A stretch of 64,000 nt of DNA, taken from NCBI GenBank assembly GCA_951406725.2, contig OX597832.1, positions 61,132,001-61,196,000 on the forward strand, written 5' to 3'. Positions 41,930-56,405 of the stretch are shown one piece after another. This stretch comes from Octopus vulgaris. Lineage: Eukaryota. Position numbers and translations under genes: made by a program. Numbering within the stretch: the stretch's first letter is position 1; the number at the start of each line of letters is the position of its first letter. The notes under the pieces were generated by a model. It saw only the letters and a program-made list of their open reading frames with translations. It was not told the DNA's origin and ran no database searches.

Positions 41930-42405
41930 GCGCAGGAGTGGCTGTGTTGTAAGTAGCTTGCTTACCAATCACATGGTTCTGGGTTCGGTCCCACTGCGTG
42001 GCACTTTGGGTAAGTGTCTTATATATATATATATAACTAAAATATATAACACCCTTATTTTTAGTTGTAAAAAATTATTACCTTTGTATGGTATTTTTTC
42101 CCTGGCCACTTGATAATATCGATATTTAAATATCGACATTATCCTTATTTATAAATATATATATACACATATGTATGTATGTATATGTGTGTATATGTGT
42201 GTCTGTGTTTGTCCCCCCAACATCACTTGACAACCGATGCTGGTGTGTTTACGTCCCCGTAACTTAGCAGTTCGGCAAAAGAGAACCTGATATGCTAAGT
42301 ACCAGGCTTACAAAGAATAAGTCATGGGGTCGATTTCATCGACTAAAAGGTGGTGCTCCAGCATGGCCACAGTCAACTGACTGAAACAAGCAAAAGAGTA
42401 AAAGA
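41930..42405 (+). mobile_element. SINE family B interrupted by an AT-rich insert (42020-42160)
   Basis: Head at 41930-42020, tail at 42200-42405. Confidence 0.85.
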
Positions 42406-43235
42406 CTATGTTTAAATTCCACCACAGGTATATGGCTGATAACGTGATAATGCATGTAAATATGTTTCCATGGTGTGTGTGTGTGTGTTTGTGTATCTAT
42501 ACATATACCTATATGTATATGTGCTTATGTTAACCCTTGCATACGGCCATACGTCGCCATTGTTGTTGTCATTCTTGTTATGCTTATTCGTTTTTTTTTT
42601 ATGTTCTTGTTTTATTTTTGTTTGCGTTTCTCTCCCGTTGTTTTCATTAGTTTCTGTTTGTTTCTGTGTTATTTTTTTTAGAGTGGGGTGTGTGTGTAAT
42701 TGAGGGTCGCGGGGTCACTATTGTCTCTTCATCTCCTCCTCCTTCTTCTTGTCCTTTTCCTCCTCATATTCCCTCCTCCCCCTACTTTTTTATTTTTGAA
42801 ACTCGCCCCTCCTCTTTTGTTCTTCAAACTTCTCGTCCTTCAGAAGACACAACACAATAGCTACTAATATACATCATTGACAAAAACAACAACTACAAAA
42901 AAAAGAGAGAGAGAAAACAAAACGAAAATCATCAAAACATGAAAAAAAACAAACAACGAAAAAATATAGTTTGGTGACACAATAACGCTGTGGAGAAGAT
43001 GTGTATAGCCTGCAGGTAAAGAGTGCATGCAGTTAAGACCATCTTCTCTAGAATACGGCATGGCATTTGGGCAAGGAAAAAGCGGGGAGAGAGAGAGAGA
43101 CTTAGAGAGACCATTGAAAAATACTTGCAAAGCAGTCAGCGGCATGAATCACTCATTACTCGCCTTGGAGCTTAGAAGAAAGGACAACTGTGCTATTTGC
43201 TAATACTATGATCCTAAAACCCCTACCTCTCTATC

Positions 43236-43302
<67 letters not shown>

Positions 43303-43528
43303 TTCTTCGTCGTTACCTCTTAAGTCGGTTCGAACGTTCGACACCCTCTCACTTTATCGTTTCTTCCATCGTTGTCCTAGCCACCGACCCCAACTTTGTT
43401 TTTTTTTGTTTTTGTCTTTGGCCTCTCCCTGCATGTTCCCCGAGGCATACGTTGAAGGCCCTGCATGCACGTATGCCTCTACAATCAAGCGTATATAATA
43501 TGTATGTATTTATGTATGCACGTATCTG

Positions 43529-43586
<58 letters not shown>

Positions 43587-43648
43587 AGTTGTGAGTATGT
43601 TAAACGGAATAACACGGAAAATAAAACAAGGTACATTCAAACATACAC

Positions 43649-43679
<31 letters not shown>

Positions 43680-43957
43680 TGTATGTACGTATGTAAGTGT
43701 GTGTGTGTATGTATGTATGTAAGTGTGTGTGTGTATGTGTGTTGGTGGATGTGATCGAACATATTAATGTTTGCATGCATGCATGCAAACACATGCAAAA
43801 TCAGTTTTTAACTTTGTGCAAATACAAAAGCTTATACGTAATTCAGTGCATATAAGCTTTTGTATTTGCATCCATGCAGTCGCAAAACAATATAAGGAAT
43901 ATAGCTGCCGTTGATTGTCTGTCTGTTCGTCTGACCCCGAGTCAGTTTGTCTATCTG

Positions 43958-44035
<78 letters not shown>

Positions 44036-44151
44036 CATCCACCCACCCGCCCACCTACCTACCTATCTATCTATCTACCTACGTGTCTATTTAGGTACTT
44101 ATCTATCTATTTATCTTTCTCTCTAGGTACCTGCCTGTTTATCTAGGTACG

Positions 44152-44224
<73 letters not shown>

Positions 44225-44379
44225 ATCTATCTCTATCTATCTATCTGTCTGTCTATCTAGTTTGCTTGCGATCTGTCTGTTTGTCCGCTATTACTTTCAA
44301 ATATATTTTTATACGAAATATTTTCTTTGTTTATGATGCTATTTCCAAATTTAATTAAAAACAGTAGCCTTTAATTATC

Positions 44380-44905
44380 CTTTCCATTGGGGGTACAAGG
44401 ATTCACATTTTAGTGAGTCGATATTCGATTACATCAATCCCAGTGTTCAACGGGTACCTAATTTATCTACCCCGATAGAATGAAAGCCAACGTCGACCTC
44501 AGCAGAATTTGAACTTAGAACGTAAAGGCGAACCAAATGCCGCTAAGCAGTTAGCCCATTGAGCTAAAGACCTCGCCAGCTGGTCGCCCTAGAGAAATAT
44601 ATAATCATGTTTTCTACTGTAGGCACAAGGCCTCAAATTTGGTAGGCGGGTACTGGTCGATTACATCGACCCCAGTGTTTCACTGGTACTTAATTTATTA
44701 ACCCGAAAGGATGAAAAGCAAAGTCGACCTCGGCGGAATTTGAACTCAGAACGTAGCGACGTGTGAAATAGCGCTAAGCATTTTTGTCCAGCGTGCTAAA
44801 AGTTCTGCCAGCTCGATGTCTCAGAGAAATCTATAAAAATTCTTTCTACTAAATGTACAAGGCCTATAATTTTGAGAGAAGGAGTAAGTCGATTACATCG
44901 ACCCA
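44380..44905 (-). mobile_element. Tandem array of 2-3 SINE family A variants
   Basis: Repeated CGATTACATC(G/A)A(C/T)CC units at ~240-bp spacing. Confidence 0.8.
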
Positions 44906-45124
44906 AAGCATTGGTCCCGGGTTCGGTCCTACTTCGTGGGCTAGTGTCTTACACTTGAAAATTTAATATACAAATATCCATTTTACAGAAAGTTATGAGG
45001 AAACAAAACTAGTTGGTGTACATCTGTAGTTATGCTAAGAAAAATTGCATTCAAAATGAGATATGAAAGCTGCTGGCACTTCGTACTAAACTTTCAGTAT
45101 GGTAATATTACTTTTCTGGGTCTT

Positions 45125-45272
45125 TACGCTCTGAGTTCAAATTCTGCCGAGGTCCACTTAGCCTTTCATCCATTCGGGATCGAAAAATTAAGTACCAGTT
45201 GCGTACTGGGGTCGATCTAATCGAATGACCCCCTCCTCCAAAATTTCGGGCCTTGTGCCTAGAGTAGAAAAG
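45125..45272 (+). mobile_element. SINE family A, 5'-truncated
   Basis: Central domain plus short-tail variant. Confidence 0.8.
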
Positions 45273-45599
45273 ATTATTACTTTTCTGGTCAGTTAAGAGC
45301 CTTATTGTCCGTTTTGTTGTTAAGTAACATATCCCTTGGCGAGAAAGTCGATTGCTTGAGGTCAATGTTGCTCCAGTGTTCTAATCTGGGTCTCATACAC
45401 CGTTAATACAGACCGAAGGCCGCAGCAGCTGTCATGCTTCGATGACAAATGGAACCTCTCAACGTCCTCTTCGTCGTCCAACACTCAATTGTTTCCTAGT
45501 AATTTTACGCCGTGCAAACAAGAACTGTGTAATGAATATCAAATTATAACAAGAAATGCGGGGTAACCAATATGGAATCAATTGTTTGCAGTGTACGTG

Positions 45600-45980
<381 letters not shown>

Positions 45981-46211
45981 TGTTTATTGTTGGGTAAATA
46001 CAGAACATAGATAAGGTCATAAGTAATTGAAAATATGTCGACGTGACCCGAGAGCCTGTCGTGTCAGTGTGACTTTGTGCTGAGCTTACAAAAAGGTGAC
46101 ATCTACAAAAAAAGTGAATTGCTACAATACGCAATTCATTAAGAAATCCTTTCATTCCACTGACGAATCAACGAGGTGGTCACTAACGAATGTAAGTATA
46201 GTTTTCTAATG

Positions 46212-46460
46212 CCACTTTGGGCAAGTGTCTTCTACTATAGCCTCGGGCCGATCAAAATCTTGTTAGTGGATTTGATAAACGGAAACTGAAAGAAGCCCGT
46301 GGTATATGTATAAACGTGTGTGTGCGTGTAACTTCGTGATTTAGCAAAAGAGACCAATAGAATAAGTACCAGACTTAAAAATGAAGGTCATGGGGTTGAT
46401 TTCTTCGACTAAAAATCTTCAAAGCGGTGCCCCAGCATGGCCGTAGTCTTAAAAATAGAA
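46212..46460 (+). mobile_element. Degenerate SINE family B
   Basis: Matches the family B body with an internal deletion. Confidence 0.75.
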
Positions 46461-47051
46461 AAGAACTTCAATTTATCGATCGATCGATCCATCTACTGAT
46501 GTAGTTACATCATGTCTTTTAACTTTTATTTGTTTTAGCAGCGGGACTGAACCCCGGACTGTGTGATTGGGAAGTAAGCTTCTTACCTCACGTTGCTTGA
46601 TCTCTTAGAATCAAATAACATTTCTTTTATTAATCTCCTTAACGTTCACAAGAGAGGAATAAAAACAAAACTGTGAAATATTCCATTATATGTACTCGTG
46701 TTTATGATAGTTATTTCCTGCAAGATCAACACTGACCGAGCAGTTATGTGAATAAGCTCCATTCCAACAGTGTCCATCTCGACATTTTTTAATTTAGTAT
46801 TTAGGTTTAAATCATCATCTGATGTAATGTGTGTTTCCATTTATTAAGACGGTGTGTGTGTATGTATGTATGTATGTATGTATGTGTGTGTGTGTATGTG
46901 TGTGTGTGTGTGTGTGTGTGCGTGCGTATGTGTGCCTGTGCGAATTAAACGGTATTTGACTGCTATTTCTAGCCGGTTAAGTGACATCCTAAACTCTCTC
47001 TAGTTGATACGGAGGCGAAATACGCTTATATGTATGTGTACGTGTGCACCG

Positions 47052-47089
<38 letters not shown>

Positions 47090-48037
47090 TTGTGTGTGCG
47101 TGCGTGGGTCTGTGTATATCGGAACTGATCATGTTTGCACACACACTCACATACTCAAAGACAGACACACACTCATACACACACACACGCGCACAGACTC
47201 ACACACACACAAACATTCACAATCGCTCACACACACACATTCACACACAGACACACTCATACACACACACTCGCTCGCACACACACACACACATACACAC
47301 ACACTACCACACACAAATACACATACACATACGCACACATTCAGATTTTATGCACCAAGTATGTCTTGTAGTGACCCCTATGTAAGTGGTATGTTTGGGG
47401 CAGACATGGAAATGTGTGTATGTGTGTGTATGTGTGTGTGTGTATGTCCACGCGTGTATAATTTTGCCTGTTCTTTTTTTAATCTTTTTTATTTCTTGTA
47501 TTTTTGCTTCCGAAGGTTGTAATTAACATACTTTGAACAACAATTACAAACAATAAACAAAATGGAAGACAAGCAACGTTAATTGCCATCTCCCGGTCTT
47601 AACCACCTGTACAGGTGCAGAGGTAACAACGCGCGCGCGCACACACACATACACATGTATATGTGTACATATGTGTGTGTGTGTTTGTGGATATGTATAT
47701 ATATATATATACGTATGTGTGTGTACATGTATATATATGTGCGTGTGTGTGGTGTGTGTATATACATATATGTGTGTGTGTATATATTTTTTATATATAA
47801 ATGTGTGTGTATGTACGTATGTACGGAGAACTATTAATACACAAATGACTGACACGAACGAGCGCACATTCTCTCTTCCTCCTCCCCTCTCTGCCTCTCC
47901 CTCCTTATATCTAAATTCGGCTTCCTTTGACCTCTGACACAACTTCTTCTCTTTGCTCTGTACCCGTAATTTGCATTTTGCTTTGTCTTCCGTGCTCTTC
48001 CTGACCGACCAATTGGCTCCATTCTTACCCGCCCCGT

Positions 48038-48290
<253 letters not shown>

Positions 48291-49208
48291 TATTGTTCCT
48301 TCCAGGACTTTCTTTTTTAAACATGTAGTAGTAGTAGTAGTAAGAAGAAGAAGAAGAAGAAGAAAAAGAAAAAGAAGAAGAATGATAATTATAATAATGA
48401 TAATTTCTTTTATTTGCCACAGAGGCCGAAAAGCATTCGGAACAATTCAAAGACGAAGAACAGCGGCAATTTACTTTGAGCAGGGACAAGCATTAAAAAC
48501 AATAACAATTAACAAAAAAAATTATATATAATAACAAAATTTCCTAGTATGCGTGGGTAGGGTAGGATCACTCAGAAGTTACCAAGAAACCCTAAACATC
48601 TTGGGTCACCCCGACCGCTAAGGACACTCTTAGAAGGTGGCCCTCTCGCATCCGTTCTTTCCAACATACAATCGGCGACTTAGAATAGGGTTCACTTACT
48701 CGGACCATCGTCATCACATTCAGCCCCTTTTCAACAAATTTAGTGGTCGGTGGGGTTGATGGTGGGGTGGGGGTGCAACACCCAACTCTTGACCCTCACC
48801 TTCCTTTTCAAGTGGAATTAAAAAAAAAAGTCGATAAGCGTTTTGGCTAGAGAAGAAAGTGTTTGTCTTCAACCCCCTAAATCTAGTCTGTCATACAACA
48901 TCTAACGCTAAGGCACCTGATAGAAGAAAACTGCTTGCCTTTTCCTGCTTATAAGAAGGCGTCGGCTTCGGATCGATCTTAATAATCAATCAACCAATGT
49001 TCGTTGAGGCTGAACAACCAATACCAATCAATCGGTATTCACAGTATGGACTATACAATTCATCCTTTCGATCGCTGAATAGAAAACATGGCTCTCTCTT
49101 TCTCTACAATATATATTACAAAGTCGACCTTGGTGGAATTTGAACTCACAACGTAATTTCTACCAGCTAGCCGTTAATAATAATAATAATTATTATTATT
49201 ATTATTAT

Positions 49209-49293
49209 TCAGGTCACTGCTTGTGGTTAGATTCGAACTCGGAATCTTGTGGTTAGTAGCCCGCGCTCTTAACCACTACGCCATATAGAACTG
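49209..49293 (-). mobile_element. tRNA-derived head of the tRNA-HHR element; tail absent except an inverted stub
   Basis: Matches 55181-55252; abutted by ATATAGAACTG, the reverse complement of the tail-end consensus CAGTTCTATAT. Confidence 0.7.
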
Positions 49294-49429
49294 TATTAAA
49301 ATACAGCAAATATACACGGTATACACTGAAAAAGAAGGGACATATGCATAGCAAACAAAGGTTAAAAAAAGTGGCGGGGAGGATGATAGAGTTGTGGCCA
49401 TCCTGATACAGTAAGGCCTCTAGGGATAA

Positions 49430-49872
49430 TCAAGGAACCCCACTGTACGAGATTTCCCAGAAATCCCAGGAGCGAGTGCTCTCTCCAATTCCTTCTCTCC
49501 GACTGAAAGGTCCACACAGAGAAGTACCATCCATTCTTGCCATTTTCGCAGCTTTCACCCACCTTTCAATAAGCTCACTCGAGGACAGCACTTCCCTTTC
49601 GATTCTCAATTTCTTTTTCAAGTGAATCTTGAAAAGTCAATGAGAGCTCTACCAAAGAGGAGTGTATCTGTCCTCATGCCTTTCAGCTTTATCCACCAAA
49701 CAACCTCTTTCGCCACAGCCACCAGGCATAGGAAAACTGCTTTGCCTGCTCGATTGAAGGAGGGAGGCGGTGCGATCATCACTGCAGCCTCGGCCAACAG
49801 ACGGACCCGTCACACGCGTGACAGCAGCTGTTCAACGTAACCCCACAAGTCAGGAATACCCGGACACTGGAC
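49430..49872 (-). pseudogene. L1/Tx1-like LINE ORF2 C-terminal fragment; a weaker related piece lies near 48790-48990
   Basis: VQCPGIPDLWGYVEQLLSRV...AVFLCLVAVAKEVVWW...KKKLRIEREVLSSSELIERWVKAAKM. Confidence 0.7.
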
Positions 49873-50184
49873 GTTAGATTTTTTTATAAGGAAGCTAGGG
49901 AATGTGTACGGCAACAAAGACAAAAAACGGAGAACATGGTACTCAATTACAAATACAAACAACAAGAATATAAAAACAGGTGTCTTTCGACTGAGAACGG
50001 ATCAAATTGAGCTGGCGTGTATGTAGTGAAAGCCTAAAGGTAGGAACATACGAGATGGACATAAAGGTCTTTGCGGTCAGCAGTCACGCTAAGAAAGAAA
50101 GATCATTGCTGGCCGGACACGGGTCACATCAAAGGTGGAGAGAGGGGTAGGGGCTGCAGGATTGAAGGATTAGAAAAAAAACAG

Positions 50185-50217
<33 letters not shown>

Positions 50218-50343
50218 CCTGTTCAGGCTATATTATTAGTATTAACCTGCGTTTGAGAATTTAAAAATCACTTTAACTTTCTAAGACATCTCAACGCTTC
50301 TAAAGTGTTTGTTTGTTTACGTTCATCGTAATTTGAATTTAAG

Positions 50344-50374
<31 letters not shown>

Positions 50375-51305
50375 AACGCTTTTCGGTATCCAACAACCAC
50401 CAAGACTCGTTCAAATTATTTACCAGTTGAGCTTGTTTTCATTTCACTTCAGTTCGGCGGTGTGTCTTTGTATATCTATTAATATAATTCTCTAGCTGCT
50501 TAACTATTCATACATCTGCAGACTTACCTACCTACCTACCTACCTACCTACCTACCTACCTACCTACCTACCTACCTACCTACCTACCTACGTACCTACC
50601 TACCTACGTACCTACCTACGTACCTACGTACCTACCTACCTACCTACGTACCTACCTACGAACCTACCTGCTTGCCTGCCCCCCTGTCTGTTTGGCCACA
50701 AGTTTTGGTCTGAAACATGTAAAAGATGAAAGTGAAACGTCCACTGATATTTCTTAACCAAGATTATTTCATTTTAGTTTAACTATCCATCATTAATGTA
50801 TCTTTGAAAGCATAAATTTATAGACCTTCATTACATTGTGTCCGCCATTTTAATACACGAATGCAGAATAATATAGACATTCTCCTCCACACTCTCTCTA
50901 ATAGTATATATCTTCTCTCTCTCTCTTTCTCACGTTTTTCGTTCCTTTCTTTGTAACCCTTTCTCCTACTTCTCACTCAATTCGAGTTATTACCTCCCTT
51001 GGCGTATGCGCATCGCACGGACGAAACAGTCAGAAACGTAGGAATGCGAAGAATAATATTATAGATAATGATAATTATTTATAATAATAATAATGAGAAG
51101 AAGAATGATAATAATAAGGATAAACATGGTAAAAAGAAATCGAGATATAAAGCGTAGATGGAAAGAAAAGCAAAGAATATAATAATGCTGTTTGTTAATT
51201 ATTAAGCGTGGGCAAAATCACGTGGTCGAAATCAAAAGACGCCGGTTGCTGTTAAAAAAAAAACGATTTCTTAGAAGAAACCTGACTGAGTTTTCTTAGT
51301 AGCAA

Positions 51306-51385
<80 letters not shown>

Positions 51386-52233
51386 ATAATATTTATAGCA
51401 AGTTGGCTTCTTGAAGAGCTTTGCAAATCAGTGATGCAGTGAACTCCGAAAACTGATCAGGAAGAATTTGCAAAAACTAAATAAATATATAAATAAATAA
51501 ATAAATGAATAAAATTGCAATGATAGATTAATACAAAAACAAATATAAGACAACGACAAAGATCACCCCCTCCCTCTCCCATCCACCCTTCATCTCTGAA
51601 AGAAGTGAAAAAAAAAAAAAAAGCATTCCGAACTGTATACCAAGTGCAATCATTAAAAGTTACGTAGCGTGAAATTCGTTTCAAAAGTTAACTAACGAAA
51701 GGAGAGAAAATAAACAAACACAACTCAAACGAAAGATAATATATGAATTTTATATGTGTGTGTGTGTGTACGTGTATATATATATGTATGTGTGTGTGTG
51801 AGAGCGCGAGTGTGTAGGTTTATATATAGGTAAACGTGTGTGAGATCTATTTGTACATGTGTATACCTATATATGCATATATGTATGTATCTATGTATGT
51901 ATGTAGGTGTGTGTGTGTGTGTACATATAGGGAAACGTGTGGATATAGAGATACATATGTATATTTCTGTATACCCATATGTGTGTGTGTGTGTCTGCGC
52001 GCGCGTGTGTTTGATTGTCTATATGTATGTATATATGCATATGTATTAATATGTATGTCTATGTTCTGAAGTATATTATATATATGTGTGTGTGTATACG
52101 TACATATATACATATGAATCTCTCTCTCTCTCTGTATATATATATGTGTGTGTGTGTGTGTTTATATATATATGTGTGTGTGCGTGTGTGTATCTAAGTA
52201 TAGACTAACGATCCTATATATATATATATATAC

Positions 52234-52295
<62 letters not shown>

Positions 52296-52615
52296 CACAT
52301 ATATATATGTATATATCAAAAACAAATACGTTAATGCCTGAATAAGTAAATAAATAAAGGAATAGATAAAATATAAATATCGGTTGTAATTATAGACAAC
52401 ATTCAATCAATTGAAATCGATCGCTACTTTCTTACACTTCTATAATAGTCTTAGCGAAATTACTTTTTTTTAATATTTTTTCTATCGGAGTGAAATCTGG
52501 GACAAAGAAGTCAATGTAGGACATGGATATCTTGCCATTCCCACCACCACACACCGACACAGTAACACACATACATACATACATACACACATACATACAT
52601 ACATACATACATACA

Positions 52616-52649
<34 letters not shown>

Positions 52650-52782
52650 AATACACAGACACAGTGACATACATACATACATACATACATACATAAATAC
52701 GCAGACACAGTAACACACATACATACATTGTCACGCATATATACTCAGACACACTGACACACATGCACGCATGAGCACACAT

Positions 52783-52990
52783 TGGTTTCAAATTTTTGCG
52801 CACAGCTAGATAATTCGGGGACGGAGAGGAGGGGTTAAGTCGATTACATCGACCCCAGTGCTCAACTGGTAGTTATTTTATCGACCCTCGAAAGGATGAA
52901 AGGCAAATCCAACGTCGGTGGCATTTGCACTCAGAACGAAAAGACCTACAAAATGCTGCTTAGCATTTTGCTCGGCGCGCTATCGATTAA
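52783..52990 (-). mobile_element. Degenerate SINE family A
   Basis: Central domain and head. Confidence 0.75.
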
Positions 52991-53411
52991 CGGTTACACA
53001 TACAAATTGCACAGTTGATTTATTGTATTTCTTTTTGCTAGTGTCTCACAGTAAATTATAGCGTCGCTTGGACCCTACCTTCTAAGGTGTAGTCGATTGC
53101 ACTCACTAAAGTATGTATTTGATCGACTTGAGACGAGCACGAATATGTAAAGAGCCCTTAACGAGATTTCAAATAAAATGGCTCAGAAACAGGTGCCCCA
53201 ACATGGCCACAGACTGAAACAAGTGAAGTAATACATATACACTCAGCAAAACATACATACACATTCGCACGCACGCATACACACACATATCCTTTAGTAA
53301 ATTTGTGAGCTGATGATATTCGTAACATTTGGCCTTGTGTTAACACAAAGTATCTCTACCCTGTAACAAAATTCTTAGTGAGGATTTGTACGCTCACCCG
53401 ATCGATATTAT

Positions 53412-53490
<79 letters not shown>

Positions 53491-54379
53491 GTCTGTCTGT
53501 CTGTCTGTCTGTCTTCTGTCTGTCTGTCTGTCTGTCTCCATCTGTTTATCTGTCTGTCTAGTTGCTTACCTACGTACCTAGTTTCCGACCTTCATGCCTG
53601 CCTCATGGGATTCCGACGCATTAAATTTCAGGTTGTATTTGTAAGCAATTTGTAAGCTCCAATACGTGTTGAGTGCACAAATGTGACTGCTCGGTGTTTT
53701 GACAGATATGTCAAAATCACCACGCTTTGAAAAAGGGATGACTAGGTTAAATATTCGAGGTAAAAAAAAGTGAATACACAATGTGAAGAGTGAAGTGTGA
53801 ATTATGAGAGAACCGGGTTAAGAGAATTGTAGTTGGTGTGAGAAGTAGTAAGAGGAAGCTCAAGCCAATGGTAAACAAAAGAAAAAAAGCCTCAGAAATA
53901 TCCCCAGCTTCAATCTTCTCTTCAACCTAAACGTAATGACAAACATGACAAAATTTTCCTAATACGTATTAATAAGCATTTCCCAATTGACCGTCGATAC
54001 TACAAACTTTTGAAACAAAATAACGCAAACGTTCTTTGTAACTGCATAAGACAGTAATTAAACCTAGAGTTATTTCAATTTTTGTATGGTTGGCAGTTTT
54101 TCCCTGCATGGTAGTCTCTCTCTCTCTCTCTCTCTCATCCTCTTCTATACACATGCTTTAACTAATAGCGTTATTCAACGGATACTTTTATATTCACTGC
54201 TCTGTACCATTGTTGGATTTACATCTGTAAATTCTACAAAGTGGATAAATGAAATATTTGGAAACTGGGATAAATCAGTATGGTTATATTTAAAAAAACA
54301 GACTACCAGACATTGAGAGCAGTTACAGAATATGGAACCAGAAACTACACTAAAAACACATCGCCAAAGCCTTAAATAT

Positions 54380-54780
54380 CCATTTATCTTACACACCCAC
54401 AAACATCAGTCAAAGCATATGACTGCGTGGAATCAGAAGAACCATGATCATTAAGCGGGGATTGTTTAAAAGTGAAATAACCTGCAAAAGAGACAATTGA
54501 ACCATATCGGACTAACAAGCAGAACGTTCAAAATTAGCTACACAACATTTTCACGCGTTCTGAAAACTTCAGCAAAGATACCCAATGTCTTCATCGAAGA
54601 ATATATTTGGGACTTCAGACGTGGGCATTATAAGTATTCAAAAAGGAGCAATAACAGACTGTCACACATACATGAATTATAATTATCATACAGGAGTAAA
54701 ACTATTATTTAAGAAATATATGCTGAATCCGTAGGACGAAAGTTGTGATCGACCATGCAGAGCAACAACTAAATGAGACA
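54380..54780 (+). pseudogene. Decayed Penelope-like (Neptune-type) GIY-YIG endonuclease region
   Basis: In order LSYTPTNI, YDCVESEEP*SLSGDCL, HIGLTSRTFKISY and EYIWD, resembling recalled motifs SYSCMPN, CNC...CPLxGxCL, YIGLTxxxFKxRY and SKYIWxLK. Confidence 0.6.
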
Positions 54781-54811
54781 ATGGATAAACAATAGAAACA
54801 TAAAAAAAAGG

Positions 54812-55051
54812 TCCAGTTCTTTATTTAAGAGATGAGGAATTATGTACATTATTTACATTATTTACATTCAACGGATATTTGTCCTCATCTTGTTTGTTGT
54901 TAACACAACGTTTCGGTTGATATACCCTCCAGCCTCCATCAGGTGTGTGGGGAAATTTCTCATTCCCAAGGTATTTTTCGATGTTCTTCTTCTTCTTCTT
55001 CTTCTTCTTCTTCTTCTTCTTCTTCTTCTTCTTCTTCTTCTTCTTCTTCTT

Positions 55052-55082
<31 letters not shown>

Positions 55083-55295
55083 TTATTATAATTATCATTA
55101 TTGTTGTTTTGTTGTTATTGTTGTTGTGTTGTTGTTATTGTTGTTATTGTTGTTGTTGTTATTATTATTGTTATTATTGTTCAGGTCACTGCTTGGAATC
55201 GAACTCGGAATCTTGGGATTAGTAGCCCGCGCTCTTACCACTACGCCATATGGCCATATGTAACCACTACGCCATATGTAAATAATGTAAATAAT
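54812..55295 (-). mobile_element. Composite element: tRNA-derived Pol III head, microsatellite linker, minimal hammerhead tail
   Basis: Head 55181-55252 (A box TGGCGTAGTGG, B box GAGTTCGATTCC); linker 54985-55180; HHR 54902-54947; tail to ~54812; inverted tail copy 55276-55295. Confidence 0.8.
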
Positions 55296-56372
55296 AGAGG
55301 AAGGGCTTGACCAAAATAGATTAAATAAACTAGCTGCAAGACATTCCGGAAGTAATGTCTGTCTTTCTATCTATCTATCTTTCTATCCCTCCACTCCACT
55401 CCACCCATCCATCCATCTATCCACCCATCTATCCATCCATCCATCCATCCATCCATCCATCCATCCATCCATCCATCCTTCCTTCCTTCCTCGTGTTTAT
55501 GTGTGTAGATATACAGAAAACAACAGATATTCGCTCTGGTGTTCGGTCTCAAATTTACCACTGGATCGAAACCTCAGACTCCACCGGATCTTATTTGGAA
55601 TTATGTTGGCTAACTCTGCACCCCCCAAATATTACTAGATATTATCAAAGCGTTCTGGCCGTGACTATCTCGATGTTTTGTATAACGACGATCCGTCTTT
55701 TATAATGATATTATGTATGATATAAGTATGATTTGAGAGAGATTCGACTGCGATTTGTGCAAGGTCGAACGACCTTCCGATGGAGGTCACGGGGTCGCTG
55801 TTGGACAACTTTCCATGTCATGCTTAAACTACGATATAGAGGGCATACACTCCATTGTTTACGAGAAATTTCAAGACGACGACGACAACGAAGATGAAGT
55901 AGGAAGGCGAGGGAAGAAGAAGGAGTAGTAGTTGGAGGAGGGGGGTAAAGTCGTAGAAGTGAGGAAAAAGAAGAAGAGGAAGAAATAAAGAGATGTGAAG
56001 AAAAGGTGAAGAAAGAGGAAAATAATGAGAATGAGAAAAGGTAGAAGCAAAAAGAGAAGAAAATGGAAGAGGAGTGATAAAGGAGAAAAGGGAGGAGGAG
56101 GAGGAGGAGGAGAAGGAGACGGAGAAGTCGGGGTAGAAGAAATCTAAAATGTATGTTTGAACATATTACTGGTTTAAAGAAGAAATTATGTACATAAAAT
56201 GTGATTTTGACACCTGACAGATGGCAATCGTTTTATTTAAGATGCCACATAAAAAAATAGGAAAAGAAAAAGAGAAAAGAAAAATCCGTTGGTTTGCGCT
56301 ACCAGTGTTCAAGGGATTAAACAAATCTATGGAAGGAGGTTGAGACAGAAAGATATATTGATAGACGTAGAC

Positions 56373-56405
<33 letters not shown>

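Noticed and set aside
42112-42143. 32-bp AT-rich palindrome inside a SINE insert
   Set aside because: Short and low in complexity, with no recognisable motif or second copy.
45300-45480. Possible LINE fragment (LY*RCMRPRLEHWSNI, minus strand)
   Set aside because: A single short motif with a stop is not enough to list as a feature.
53355-53395. TACCCTGTA, resembling the miR-10 5' end
   Set aside because: The match stops after 9 nt and there is no precursor hairpin.
55181-55252. SINE heads as functional tRNA genes
   Set aside because: They have A and B boxes but no proper acceptor stem and are fused to repeat bodies.
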